From NCBI GenBank assembly GCA_016191105.1, contig JACPPH010000002.1:141931-205930 (forward strand): 64,000 nucleotides of DNA, written 5' to 3'. Both the position numbers and the translations under genes were made by a program. This stretch comes from Candidatus Saccharimonadota bacterium. Lineage in GTDB: Bacteria > Patescibacteriota > Saccharimonadia > CAILAD01 > BJGX01. The notes under the pieces were generated by a model. The model made no database searches. It was not told the DNA's origin and saw only the letters and a list, made by a program, of their open reading frames with translations. This document shows, one piece after another, positions 1-9,011 of the stretch (within the stretch, counting starts at the first letter, position 1; every line of letters starts with the position of its first letter).

Positions 1-1584
1 CAAGGCCTGTGTTAAATAAGGTTCTGGCAAAATTTGTTGGAGCTCACCTTGCTGACTATCGTCGATGGAGTTATTAATCTCCTCGATTTCAGCCCTGGCG
101 GCAGTTTCAGTTAATTCTTGCAGCTCATTTTTAAGTTGCCCAGGGGTTAAAAGCGGCTCAACAAATGAATACTCTGGCACATGTTTAAATGTCTTCGCGA
201 TTTCGGCCAGCTTAATTTTAAGCTCTTGCTTAGTGGTGTCACTGACTTTTAGTCTACAAAGCTCGAGTCTCATCTTTTGATAATCGTGCAGGGCTTTGGG
301 TGTGGCCACAATATCTATAACCCTCTGAGCTTTGCTTGCAAACTTAGTTTCTACATATTCCTTAAACTTTGGGTACAAGATAGCATCGATGGCAACACCC
401 GTATACAGAAATACACTCAACTTAGTTAAGAATTCTCGGTAGCGTGTAAAAATGTCCTCATAGTTGCTAGGCTTGTCCTCCACAAACTTAATAACAGTTT
501 GGGCAAACTCTTTAAGTTTGTTGTAGCTATCGAGATGACTATTTAGTTTCTTTTTGGTATTAACGCCTTCCAGGCAGAGGCCAAGAATCTTTTTTGAACC
601 ACCAGCCTCAAGATAATAGGCCCTGGTTGTGCCCTCCACCGGGATGGTCACTACATCGACTGGCGCAACTATATTAGAGGTAAAGCGTACAATCTCATCG
701 CGCTGCAATGTGGCCGGTCGAGCGATGGTTTTTACACAATGGCTAAAGAACTCCGGTAGCTCAGCGCCCGCACTATTAAGGGTTGTGATTGGGCGAGATT
801 GCACAATATAGATTTGTTGATTCTCGATTGCAAACTCAATGTCTTGTGGCGCATCGTAATAATCTTCAATTTGCTTGCCCTGCTCTACCAGCTTTTGCAG
901 CAATGCTTTTGACAGAATCTGTCCTTTTTTGGTCACGACAGCTTCTGTGTTTTTGCCATCTTTATATACAAGCATTTTGGCCTGGCGGTGCTTTGTATGA
1001 TATATTGCACTGCCCGTCTTTTTATCGACGGTGTAGCCTTCTGGAGTTACTAAGCCCTGTACCAGCAACTCGCCCAAGCCATGGATCGCCTCAATTACCA
1101 TTTGTTCTGGATTGCTACTAAGCGGATTTGCGGTAAACATTACTCCAGACACTTCGCTATCGACCATCTTTTGCACAACTACAGCTACGGCCTGCTGTTT
1201 TTTGGGTATATGGTGATCTTTGGCATAACTTTGGGCGCGATCAGACTCTATCGACTGCCAGCAGTGCTTAATGGCATCGAGCAAGCCTCCTCTGTCAACA
1301 TTGAGCTCGGTATCGAGCTGGCCCGCCCAAGAAGCGCCTGCGGCATCTTCGGCAATTGCTGAAGAGCGTACAGCTACTCTTTCGGCACCTAGCTTATCAA
1401 ATACTGCGTAGATCTCTTTTGTGAGGCCGTTAGAGTCAACTAGGCTTTTATTAAACGACGCTGTGGTAATTACAAACCCTGGCGGAACGGCCAATCCGGC
1501 ATTCGTCATCCGCCCCAACGAAGCACCTTTGCCACCAACCTCATTTACGTTGGTTGCTTCTTCTAGAAAAACCACACTTTTCAT
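1..1584 (-). CDS. PEP-utilising enzyme family protein (PPDK_N / PEP synthase-like N-terminal domain), truncated at window start
   Basis: Manual minus-strand translation from the ATG at 1584 gives MKSVVFLEEATNVNEVGGKGASLGRMTNAGLAVPPGFVITTASF, which is the conserved N-terminus of pyruvate phosphate dikinase / PEP synthase. The frame stays open to position 1. It is absent from the ORF track because it runs off the window. Confidence 0.6.
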   Translation of the reverse strand, partial: MKSVVFLEEATNVNEVGGKGASLGRMTNAGLAVPPGFVITTASFNKSLVDSNGLTKEIYAVFDKLGAERVAVRSSAIAEDAAGASWAGQLDTELNVDRGGLLDAIKHCWQSIESDRAQSYAKDHHIPKKQQAVAVVVQKMVDSEVSGVMFTANPLSSNPEQMVIEAIHGLGELLVQGLVTPEGYTVDKKTGSAIYHTKHRQAKMLVYKDGKNTEAVVTKKGQILSKALLQKLVEQGKQIEDYYDAPQDIEFAIENQQIYIVQSRPITTLNSAGAELPEFFSHCVKTIARPATLQRDEIVRFTSNIVAPVDVVTIPVEGTTRAYYLEAGGSKKILGLCLEGVNTKKKLNSHLDSYNKLKEFAQTVIKFVEDKPSNYEDIFTRYREFLTKLSVFLYTGVAIDAILYPKFKEYVETKFASKAQRVIDIVATPKALHDYQKMRLELCRLKVSDTTKQELKIKLAEIAKTFKHVPEYSFVEPLLTPGQLKNELQELTETAARAEIEEINNSIDDSQQGELQQILPEPYLTQAL

Positions 1585-1632
1585 GACTTTATCATATCAA
1601 AAAAGAGGCCAGATGGCCTCTTGAATTATTCA

Positions 1633-1707
1633 TGGTGATCCCACGGGGAGTCGAACCCCGGTTGCCAGGATGAGAACCTGGTGTCCTAACCACTAGACGA
1701 TGGGACC
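1633..1707 (-). tRNA. tRNA-Glu (anticodon CTC)
   Basis: The reverse complement reads GGTCCCATCGTCTAGTGGTTAGGACACCAGGTTCTCATCCTGG...GGTTCGACTCCCCGTGGGATCACCA. It has a cloverleaf, a 7-nt anticodon loop TTCTCAT, an encoded CCA, and a D-arm typical of tRNA-Glu. Confidence 0.8.
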
Positions 1708-1990
1708 TCGTCTAAACTGTGCTTCGATAGCTATTGCAAACTTCTCGGGTTTGCAACTTATATTCTCGCACTGTTTCTCCTTTCGATTCAAATTTCTTCG
1801 ACAATTTGAATCGGTCAACAGCTATCGCAAAGAACAAATTTCATTCTCTGTCGAGTCGGGGTAGCTGCAGCAAAGTAAAGTCAGAACACGACCTTAACAT
1901 AAACCTAAGCTCATTTCAATACTAGCATCGTGCTTAGCATAGGCGTATTATAAATCCAAGTTTTGTTTTTGTGAGTTCGATAATGTGGAG

Positions 1991-2019
1991 TTGACAATAA
2001 GGGGGTATTTTCGTATTAT
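1991..2019 (+). promoter_or_regulatory. sigma70-like promoter TTGACA-N17-TATTAT upstream of nrdA
   Basis: TTGACA at 1991-1996, a 17-nt spacer, TATTAT at 2014-2019. A second TTGACG (2061)/TATATA (2083) pair follows. A GGAGGG ribosome-binding site sits at 2151-2156 before the ATG at 2166. Confidence 0.4.
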
Positions 2020-2076
2020 GTTCGTAAGCATAAATTTTTTAACGTGTGTTAAAAAAATCCTTGACGAACATCTAAT

Positions 2077-2125
2077 ACTCTATATATAGTGGTAATGCTT
2101 ATAGTTCTTACGCTATATGTAGTGT
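2077..2125 (+). promoter_or_regulatory. Tandem NrdR-box-like palindromes (2077-2092 and 2110-2125)
   Basis: ACTCTATATATAGTGG and ACGCTATATGTAGTGT each match the NrdR box consensus acaCTATATATAGtgt at 14/16 positions. Their centres are 33 bp apart. They overlap the -10 region directly upstream of nrdA. Confidence 0.45.
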
Positions 2126-2165
2126 TTGCTGCTTATAAAACATAAAAAAATGGAGGGTTGACGAC

Positions 2166-4955
2166 ATGGCTTTTACGCATATTAAAAAACGCAACGGACA
2201 AACGGCCGAATTTGACCGAGCACGGATTGAAATTGCGATTGGTAAAGCCAACGATTCGGTTGAGGGCGAGATTGCCAAGGGCGCTATAACGCCGCTGGTC
2301 GATGGCATTGTGGCCCGTCTCGATCAGGAGTTCGACGATGTCTTGCCCGATGTCGAGTCGATCCAAGACCTTGTAGAGCAAGCATTAATGCAAGCTGGTT
2401 ACTATCGCACCGTGCGCAGTTACATTCTTTATCGTGAGCGGCATAGCCAAGAGCGGGTCGAAGCTCAAGAAGAAATCATCCACAAACTCGAGCAAAAGCA
2501 ACTAACAGTTGTTCAGCACGACGGCAAAAAAGAAAAGTTCTCCGAAGAAAAAATCGCTCAAACCATCCAAGCTTATACCAAGGATCTCAAACATGTCGAC
2601 GTGCCCATGCTGGTAGGCGCAGTTAAGATCAACCTCTACGACGGCATTGTAGCCGATGAACTTTACGACGCTATTATTGTGGCCGTACGCTCATTTATAG
2701 AACGTGACTACGAGTACTCGCTTTTGGCGGCTCGGCTGCTACTCAATAAGCTCTATTACGACATAATTGGCCCCACTACTCTAACCCGATTCGGTTCGAC
2801 CTACAAAGACGGCTTTGCTAACTACATTCAAGAGGGCGTTAAAAATAAGCTTTTGCTGGTTGAAATGCTAAACTTTGACCTCGAAGAGTTGGCTGGCTAC
2901 CTCAAACCCGAGCGCGATGAAATTTATAGCTTTATGGCTTTGCAGTCTATGTATGGTAATTATTTCTTGCGCCCGGAGCGCGAGAGCAAGACTGTTTTGG
3001 AAACACCTCAATTCTTCTGGATGCGTGTGAGCATGGGTATGGCCCTGAATGAGCCAGTCGAAAACCGCACCGAGCTGGTGAAAAAATTTTACGATATGGT
3101 CTCAACCAAGCGCTACACACCAAGCTCGCCTACTCTATACAACTCCGGCACCTCATTCCCGCAAATGAGCTCGTGCTTTTTAAACACTGTCGACGACGAT
3201 CTCGACCATATCTTTAAGGTCTTTCGTGACAACGCCATGATGAGTAAATTTTCGGGCGGCATTGCCACCGATTGGACCAACATTCGCGGTACTGGCTCAC
3301 TGATCAAAACTATCAACATCCCCTCGCAGGGCGTGATACCTTTCTTAAAGATTGCCAACGATGTTACCATTGCCATTGCGCGCAGTGGCCGCCGGATTGG
3401 TGCCACCTGCGTATACCTAGAAAACTGGCACTACGACTTCGAAGACTTTTTGGAACTGCGCAAAAACACTGGCGATGAGCGCCGCCGCACTCACGACATG
3501 AACACTGCCTCTTGGGTGTCAGATCTATTTATGAAGCGTGTGGCTCAAGACGGCCAATGGACCATGTTCTCGCCTAGTGAAGTGCCTGAATTACACGACC
3601 TATACGGCAAGGAATTTGAGGAAAAATACGTCGAGTACGAAAAAATGGCTGATAATGGTGACATTAAGATGTTCCGACGCACTTCGGCTACTCAGCTCTG
3701 GCGCAAGATGCTAACTATGCTATTTGAAACTGGCCACCCGTGGTTGACGTTTAAAGATGTTTGTAACCTGCGCTCGCCTCAAGACCACGCTGGTGTGGTG
3801 CACAACTCTAACCTATGCACCGAGATTACCCTAAATAACTCGGCCGACGAAACCGCCGTTTGTAACCTGGGCTCAGTCAATCTCGCAACTCACGTTAAAG
3901 CTGGCAAGCTCGATACTAAGATGCTGTCAGAAACTGTCGCTTGGGCAATGCGCATGCTCGACAATGTGGTCGACATTACCTTTTACCCGACCGAAGAAAC
4001 CAAGACCTCTAATATGCGCCACCGCCCGGTCGGTTTGGGCATCATGGGCTTTCAAGATGCTCTTTACAAGCTAGACATTCCGTTTGAGTCTGAGGCGGCC
4101 ATAAAGTTTGCCGATGAATCGATGGAGCTAATTAGTTACCACGCCATTATGGGTTCGGCTAACTTGGCTCGTGAAAAAGGTGCCTACTCGAGCTTTAAGG
4201 GCAGTAAGTGGGATCGCGGCATATTCCCGATCGACACCATTGAGCTAGTTGAAAAAGAACGTGGCCAAAAGATCGACGTTAGCCGCACTGGCAAGCTCAA
4301 CTGGAAACCTGTGCGCGAAGCCGTTAAAAAGTATGGCTTGCGCAACTCCAACACCATGGCCATCGCCCCAACCGCCTCAATTGCCAATATCAATGACTGT
4401 TATCCTTGCATTGAGCCGATCTACAAAAATCTGTATGTAAAATCGAACATGAACGGCGAATTCACGGTTATTAATCCGTTCTTGGTCGAAGACCTTAAAA
4501 AAGCTAAGCTTTGGAACGACGACATGATTGAAAAGCTTAAGTTCCACGATGGCAGCATTCAAAAGATTACCGAGATTCCGCAAAAACTGCGCGACAAGTA
4601 CAAAGAAGTTTTTGAGACTGATTCTAAGTGGCTAGTGCGCGTAGCTGCCTACCGCGGTAAGTGGATCGACCAGAGTCAAAGCTTTAATGTTTTTGTACGC
4701 GGCGTTTCGGGCAAGGCCTTGAGCGAAATCTACACCTACGCCTGGAAGATGGGCCTCAAAACCACCTACTATCTGCGCTCACTGGCAGCCAGCCAGGTTG
4801 AGAAGTCCACAGTTGATACCGGTAAGTTTGGCAGCACCCACAAGCGTGATTTTAGCGCCATTGCCGTCGAAACTGTCGAAACTGCTCCAGTGCCGGCGCC
4901 AATTGCCGAAAACGCTCCAGTTCCGAAGCAACAATCAAGTAAATCTAAAAAATAA
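2166..4955 (+). CDS. nrdA: Ribonucleotide reductase class I large subunit with N-terminal ATP-cone
   Basis: 929 aa. It has an ATP-cone N-terminus, a CNLGSVNL active-site loop, and a C-terminal YY pair (TTYYLRS) typical of class I RNR alpha. Confidence 0.9.
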   Translation: MAFTHIKKRNGQTAEFDRARIEIAIGKANDSVEGEIAKGAITPLVDGIVARLDQEFDDVLPDVESIQDLVEQALMQAGYYRTVRSYILYRERHSQERVEAQEEIIHKLEQKQLTVVQHDGKKEKFSEEKIAQTIQAYTKDLKHVDVPMLVGAVKINLYDGIVADELYDAIIVAVRSFIERDYEYSLLAARLLLNKLYYDIIGPTTLTRFGSTYKDGFANYIQEGVKNKLLLVEMLNFDLEELAGYLKPERDEIYSFMALQSMYGNYFLRPERESKTVLETPQFFWMRVSMGMALNEPVENRTELVKKFYDMVSTKRYTPSSPTLYNSGTSFPQMSSCFLNTVDDDLDHIFKVFRDNAMMSKFSGGIATDWTNIRGTGSLIKTINIPSQGVIPFLKIANDVTIAIARSGRRIGATCVYLENWHYDFEDFLELRKNTGDERRRTHDMNTASWVSDLFMKRVAQDGQWTMFSPSEVPELHDLYGKEFEEKYVEYEKMADNGDIKMFRRTSATQLWRKMLTMLFETGHPWLTFKDVCNLRSPQDHAGVVHNSNLCTEITLNNSADETAVCNLGSVNLATHVKAGKLDTKMLSETVAWAMRMLDNVVDITFYPTEETKTSNMRHRPVGLGIMGFQDALYKLDIPFESEAAIKFADESMELISYHAIMGSANLAREKGAYSSFKGSKWDRGIFPIDTIELVEKERGQKIDVSRTGKLNWKPVREAVKKYGLRNSNTMAIAPTASIANINDCYPCIEPIYKNLYVKSNMNGEFTVINPFLVEDLKKAKLWNDDMIEKLKFHDGSIQKITEIPQKLRDKYKEVFETDSKWLVRVAAYRGKWIDQSQSFNVFVRGVSGKALSEIYTYAWKMGLKTTYYLRSLAASQVEKSTVDTGKFGSTHKRDFSAIAVETVETAPVPAPIAENAPVPKQQSSKSKK

Positions 4956-4976
4956 AACTTTTAAGGAGAATATGTA

Positions 4977-6011
4977 ATGCCACTTACTAAAACTACTAAG
5001 CGTCCCGACATCAATAAGCGCCGGATTATCAACGGCGTTGATGCCGATGTGGTGCAGCTGCACCCTATGAAACACAACTTTGCTTGGGAGGCCTATAATA
5101 CCGGCAATGCCAACCACTGGCTGCCAACCGAAATTGCTATGCAAGACGACATAGAGATGTGGAAATCGGGCAAGCTGACCAGCGACGAGCGCTTGGCTTT
5201 CGAAACAGCCTTGGGCTTTTTTACCACCGCCGACTCGATTGCCGCCAACAATCTAGTGCTAGCTTTTTATCGACACGTTACTAGCCCCGAGGTGCGCATG
5301 TACTTACTGCGTCAATCTTATGAGGAGGCCATTCACACTCATGCCTATCAGTATATTGTGGAAAGTTTGGGCCTAGACGGTGGTAAGATCTTTAATATGT
5401 ACCGCGAAAACGCCTCGCACTTTTCGAAAGCTGACTTTATTTTGACTTTCAACGAGGGTGTGTATGATCCTAAGTTCAAGACCGGCACCTTTGAGGCCGA
5501 TCAGAAATTTTTAGAAAATATGTGCGTGTTCTCGTTGATTTTGGAAGGCATATTCTTCTACTCCAGCTTTGCTGTGATATTTGGTTTTCAGCGCCAGCAC
5601 AAGATGACCGGCAGTGCCGAGCAGATTCAGTACATTATGCGCGACGAGACTGTGCACCTCAACTTTGGCATTGATATGATTAACACCATTAAAGATGAGC
5701 AGCCCGAACTCTGGACCAAGGACTTTCAAAAACGCATTGTTAAGCTGGTAAAAGATGCTGCTAAGCTCGAATACGCCTATGCCAAGAACGTTTTTCCACG
5801 CGGCATATTTGGTATGAACGCCGATGGCTTTCGTCAATACATAGAGCACATTGCCGACCGTCGCCTAAGTCGAGTCGGCCTGCCGCCTCAGTTTAATGTC
5901 GACAATCCATTCCCGTGGATGAGCGAAGCTGTCGACCTAAGTAAAGAAAAGAACTTCTTCGAAACTCGAGTAACCGAATACCAAACCGGCGGCACTCTTA
6001 ACTGGGAATAA
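4977..6011 (+). CDS. nrdB: Ribonucleotide reductase class I small subunit (ferritin-like)
   Basis: 344 aa with the di-iron motif EEAIHTHAYQYI. It lies immediately downstream of nrdA with its own AAGGAG ribosome-binding site. Confidence 0.9.
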   Translation: MPLTKTTKRPDINKRRIINGVDADVVQLHPMKHNFAWEAYNTGNANHWLPTEIAMQDDIEMWKSGKLTSDERLAFETALGFFTTADSIAANNLVLAFYRHVTSPEVRMYLLRQSYEEAIHTHAYQYIVESLGLDGGKIFNMYRENASHFSKADFILTFNEGVYDPKFKTGTFEADQKFLENMCVFSLILEGIFFYSSFAVIFGFQRQHKMTGSAEQIQYIMRDETVHLNFGIDMINTIKDEQPELWTKDFQKRIVKLVKDAAKLEYAYAKNVFPRGIFGMNADGFRQYIEHIADRRLSRVGLPPQFNVDNPFPWMSEAVDLSKEKNFFETRVTEYQTGGTLNWE

Positions 6012-6012
6012 G

Positions 6013-6657
6013 CTAGATCAATTCTCTCTTGTCATCTGAAACGACGACAGCTTGATCGTCATTGATTGATACCACTTCCACTCCTTTGGCATTGAACGAC
6101 TCTTTGATTGATGCAATTATGTAGCCATACTTTTGGCTGTCGGCGTGAACAAGCGGTTCAAAATCAACCAAATTAAGTCCCTCCCACATAGCTTCGGGGG
6201 CCTCTTTTGGATCATCTGCTAGGTCAAAATATTTTAGCGATGGGCTCAACACGATTGCGCCAGCACTTCCGCCGCCAATAACTAGCCCGTTATTAGCCTC
6301 TTTGGCGAGAATCTTGTCTGCGCCAACCTTGTGCAACCAATATCTTAAATAGAAGGTGTTTCCGCCACCCATAAACACCCCGTCGGCAGATTTGATCTTA
6401 TCTAGCAATTCGTCTTGCTTGTTTACATAGTTCCTTAAATCTATTGCCTCTTACTTAATGTCGTAATCGCCTAAAATGGCATCATCCCTGTTGCGCTGGG
6501 TTACAAACACGCTGCCCTTATAATCTGAGGCATTATGGATCGTTAAGACAAGTGGCTTTTTTTGTCCACTTCGCTCTGTAGCCAAAAGCTTTTTGTAAAC
6601 AGGTATTAATTTGTCAGGAAGCTGAGCTAAGTTAAGAGACGAAAGAAATAGCTTCAT
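6013..6657 (-). pseudogene. Peptidase E / S51 family dipeptidase interrupted by one in-frame TAA
   Basis: ORFs 6451..6657 and 6013..6408 are in the same frame, separated by TAA at 6451-6453 and 14 sense codons. The joined product carries GGGNTFYL and the GGGSAGAIV serine motif of peptidase S51. The downstream piece begins only at a TTG. Confidence 0.55.
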
Positions 6658-7229
6658 ATGATCTCCATGATAGCGCTTAAGTACTCTTTTTGACCAATGT
6701 CGTGTTTGCCATTTGGGACTACCTTAAGTGTTGATTCTCTAATGACGGAATTTGCACGTTTGGCTACAGTCATCATTTCCGGTTCCCTTACTGATTCCTT
6801 TTCTCCAACAAGCAAAGTGGTTTTAGATTTAATCTTTTTGCCAGCTTCTAATAAAGAAAAGCTCTTAAAATCGGCCGCTCTATGTTTTCCAATGGATTTG
6901 GCCCAGCTGTCGGGAATCGTCTCCATATCTTCTGCAAAGAATGGTGACAAGGAACACAATACCAGTCTGTCTGGGCAGAACTTAGCTGCGCTTATAGTGG
7001 CTATCATCGCCCCAAACGAAAATCCTAGTACCAGGTTGAAGTCTCCACTTTTTGAGTTATATAGTTCGTTGAATTGAACAACATAGTCGCTCATTATTTT
7101 ATATCTCCAGTCAATATTGACCTTAACGGTCTCAAAAGACTGTTGTGCTAGCCTCTTTGAAATTTCATCGACACCCTTTCTTTCAGGTGTTTCGGTATAG
7201 CCTGGGACTATGAAAGCTACTTTTTTCAC
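6654..7229 (-). CDS. alpha/beta hydrolase fold protein (GxSxG)
   Basis: 191 aa with a GFSFG nucleophile elbow. It has ATGA overlaps with both gltX upstream and the S51 gene downstream. Confidence 0.6.
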   Translation of the reverse strand: MKKVAFIVPGYTETPERKGVDEISKRLAQQSFETVKVNIDWRYKIMSDYVVQFNELYNSKSGDFNLVLGFSFGAMIATISAAKFCPDRLVLCSLSPFFAEDMETIPDSWAKSIGKHRAADFKSFSLLEAGKKIKSKTTLLVGEKESVREPEMMTVAKRANSVIRESTLKVVPNGKHDIGQKEYLSAIMEII

Positions 7230-8647
7230 AATAGATTTTTAGCCGTTTCTAACCTTTTCAGTGACTCTTCTTTACCCAGAGTTGCAAAGATATCAAAAAG
7301 ACCTGGAGCCTCGGTGCGGCCGGTTAGGGCTATGCGTAAGGCATAAAATAGATTTCCGGTGTTTATATCACCCGCTTCGGCAAGTTTGCGTAGGGCTTTC
7401 TCGATAACATCGTGATTAAATTCAACATCTTTAAGATCGCTGGCAACAACCTCTAGCCAATTCTCAACATCTTCTGGCTTATCTTTCTTGGTTAGCAGCT
7501 CCTTATCAACTTTTGGCTCAGTAAAAAATATCTCCATAAGATACTCGGCGTCACTTAGCTTCTTTATACGGTCTTTATCGAGCTCTACAACTCGAGTTAG
7601 ATAATCGTTGTGTTTGTACCAACTCGCCGGCAAAAACGGCTCTAAGCGCTTTAAAAGCTCGTCTGTGGGTAACTCGCGTATGTATTCGCCATTCATCCAG
7701 GCCAGGCGATTAATATCAAATACCGCCGGGCTTTTTTGTACTCTATCCAAACTAAAACGTTTCACCAGTTCATCGTGGCTAAATATCTCTTGCTCGGTGC
7801 CGTCGTTCCAGCCTAAAAGTGCCAAAAAGTTCACCAGTGCCTCTGGCAAATAACCCTTTTCCTTATATTCCAAGACATCGACATCGCCATCGCGTTTACT
7901 GAGCTTCTTTTTGCCATCGGGGCCTAAGATTGGTGGCATATGCACAATTGTGGGTCGATCAATCTTTAGTAAGTCGTACAGTGCGGCATACTTTGGCATG
8001 GAGCTAATAAACTCATCACCACGAATAATATGGGTAATTTTCATTAGGTAATCATCAACAATATGGGCAAAGTTATAAGTTGGAAAGCCATCGGCCTTGA
8101 TTAGTATAAAATCATCTATTAGTTCGTTCTTTGTCTCAAACTCGCCCCTTAGCTCATCTTTCCACTTTGTGACTCCGGCTGGGACCTTCAGCCGTACTGG
8201 ATAACCATTCGTTTCCTTTGAGTGCTCTTCAGGCTCCATATTTTGTTTATAGACAAATGGCTTCTTGGTATCGATTGCGGCAGCTTTATGTGACTGAAAC
8301 TCTTCAGGGGTAATGTATGAATAATAAGCATTTCCCTGCTTAATTAACTTTTCGGCAAATTCTTGATAGTTTGGCAACCGCTTCGACTGCACATATGGAG
8401 CATGCTCGCCCGTTTCGGTATACCACACCCCTTCGTCGGGCTTAAGGCCAAGCCAATCAAGGCTTTTAACTATATGTGTGGCACCCCAGTCTACAAACCG
8501 CTCTCGATCAGTGTCTTCGAGGCGTAGAATAAAGCTACCCTTTTGATTTTTGGCAAATAAGTATGCAAACAGTGCTGTGCGAACATTGCCAACATGCAAA
8601 AACCCAGTTGGACTGGGTGCAAAACGAGTTCTAACAGGCTTGCTCAT
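7226..8647 (-). CDS. gltX: Glutamyl-tRNA synthetase
   Basis: 473 aa, N-terminus RFAPSPTGFLHVGNVRTAL (HIGH region), and a KLSKRDG (KMSKS) motif. Confidence 0.9.
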   Translation of the reverse strand: MSKPVRTRFAPSPTGFLHVGNVRTALFAYLFAKNQKGSFILRLEDTDRERFVDWGATHIVKSLDWLGLKPDEGVWYTETGEHAPYVQSKRLPNYQEFAEKLIKQGNAYYSYITPEEFQSHKAAAIDTKKPFVYKQNMEPEEHSKETNGYPVRLKVPAGVTKWKDELRGEFETKNELIDDFILIKADGFPTYNFAHIVDDYLMKITHIIRGDEFISSMPKYAALYDLLKIDRPTIVHMPPILGPDGKKKLSKRDGDVDVLEYKEKGYLPEALVNFLALLGWNDGTEQEIFSHDELVKRFSLDRVQKSPAVFDINRLAWMNGEYIRELPTDELLKRLEPFLPASWYKHNDYLTRVVELDKDRIKKLSDAEYLMEIFFTEPKVDKELLTKKDKPEDVENWLEVVASDLKDVEFNHDVIEKALRKLAEAGDINTGNLFYALRIALTGRTEAPGLFDIFATLGKEESLKRLETAKNLL

Positions 8648-8675
8648 AGCTACATTATAACAAAATGGAACCCGC

Positions 8676-9011
8676 TTAGCTCAACAGGTCTTCGGCCTGA
8701 ATCTCGTTCCAGTAGCCGTCGGGTTGCCCGCGGTAGAAAACTACTTTTGTAGATGTTTCTTCTGGGTCGTAAACATACTGAACGCGATTGGCGCTACCAG
8801 TTTGATGATAAAAAGTTTTCTTATCAATAATTACTGGCCCGGCAATTCGCTCAATCTTATACTTAACATTGTCTTTCTCAAACTCAATACTCTCGACAGT
8901 TCGAGTAAGGTCTTTGTTGTCTTCGAGTGGTTCGGTTTTGCGGTTGGAGTTGTCGATTTGATATTTTTCATCTATCAGATCAATTAACTCGTCCCAGGCA
9001 CGATTGGTCAT
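8676..9011 (-). CDS. hypothetical small protein
   Basis: 111-aa ORF that overlaps the upstream Zn-ribbon gene by 4 nt. No recognisable motif. Confidence 0.4.
   Translation of the reverse strand: MTNRAWDELIDLIDEKYQIDNSNRKTEPLEDNKDLTRTVESIEFEKDNVKYKIERIAGPVIIDKKTFYHQTGSANRVQYVYDPEETSTKVVFYRGQPDGYWNEIQAEDLLS

Noticed and set aside
6451-6453. In-frame TAA as evidence of stop-codon reassignment
   Set aside because: All other conserved genes in the window (nrdA, secA, pyrG, gltX and others) are uninterrupted and end on standard stops. A single event fits a pseudogene or sequencing error much better than recoding.
8724-8987. Numerous small plus-strand ORFs antisense to long minus-strand genes (e.g. 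8724..8987, 11568..11945, 15624..16034, 21507..21824, 25296..25556)
   Set aside because: They lie wholly inside well-supported genes on the opposite strand, lack ribosome-binding sites, and have atypical composition. Treated as noise.
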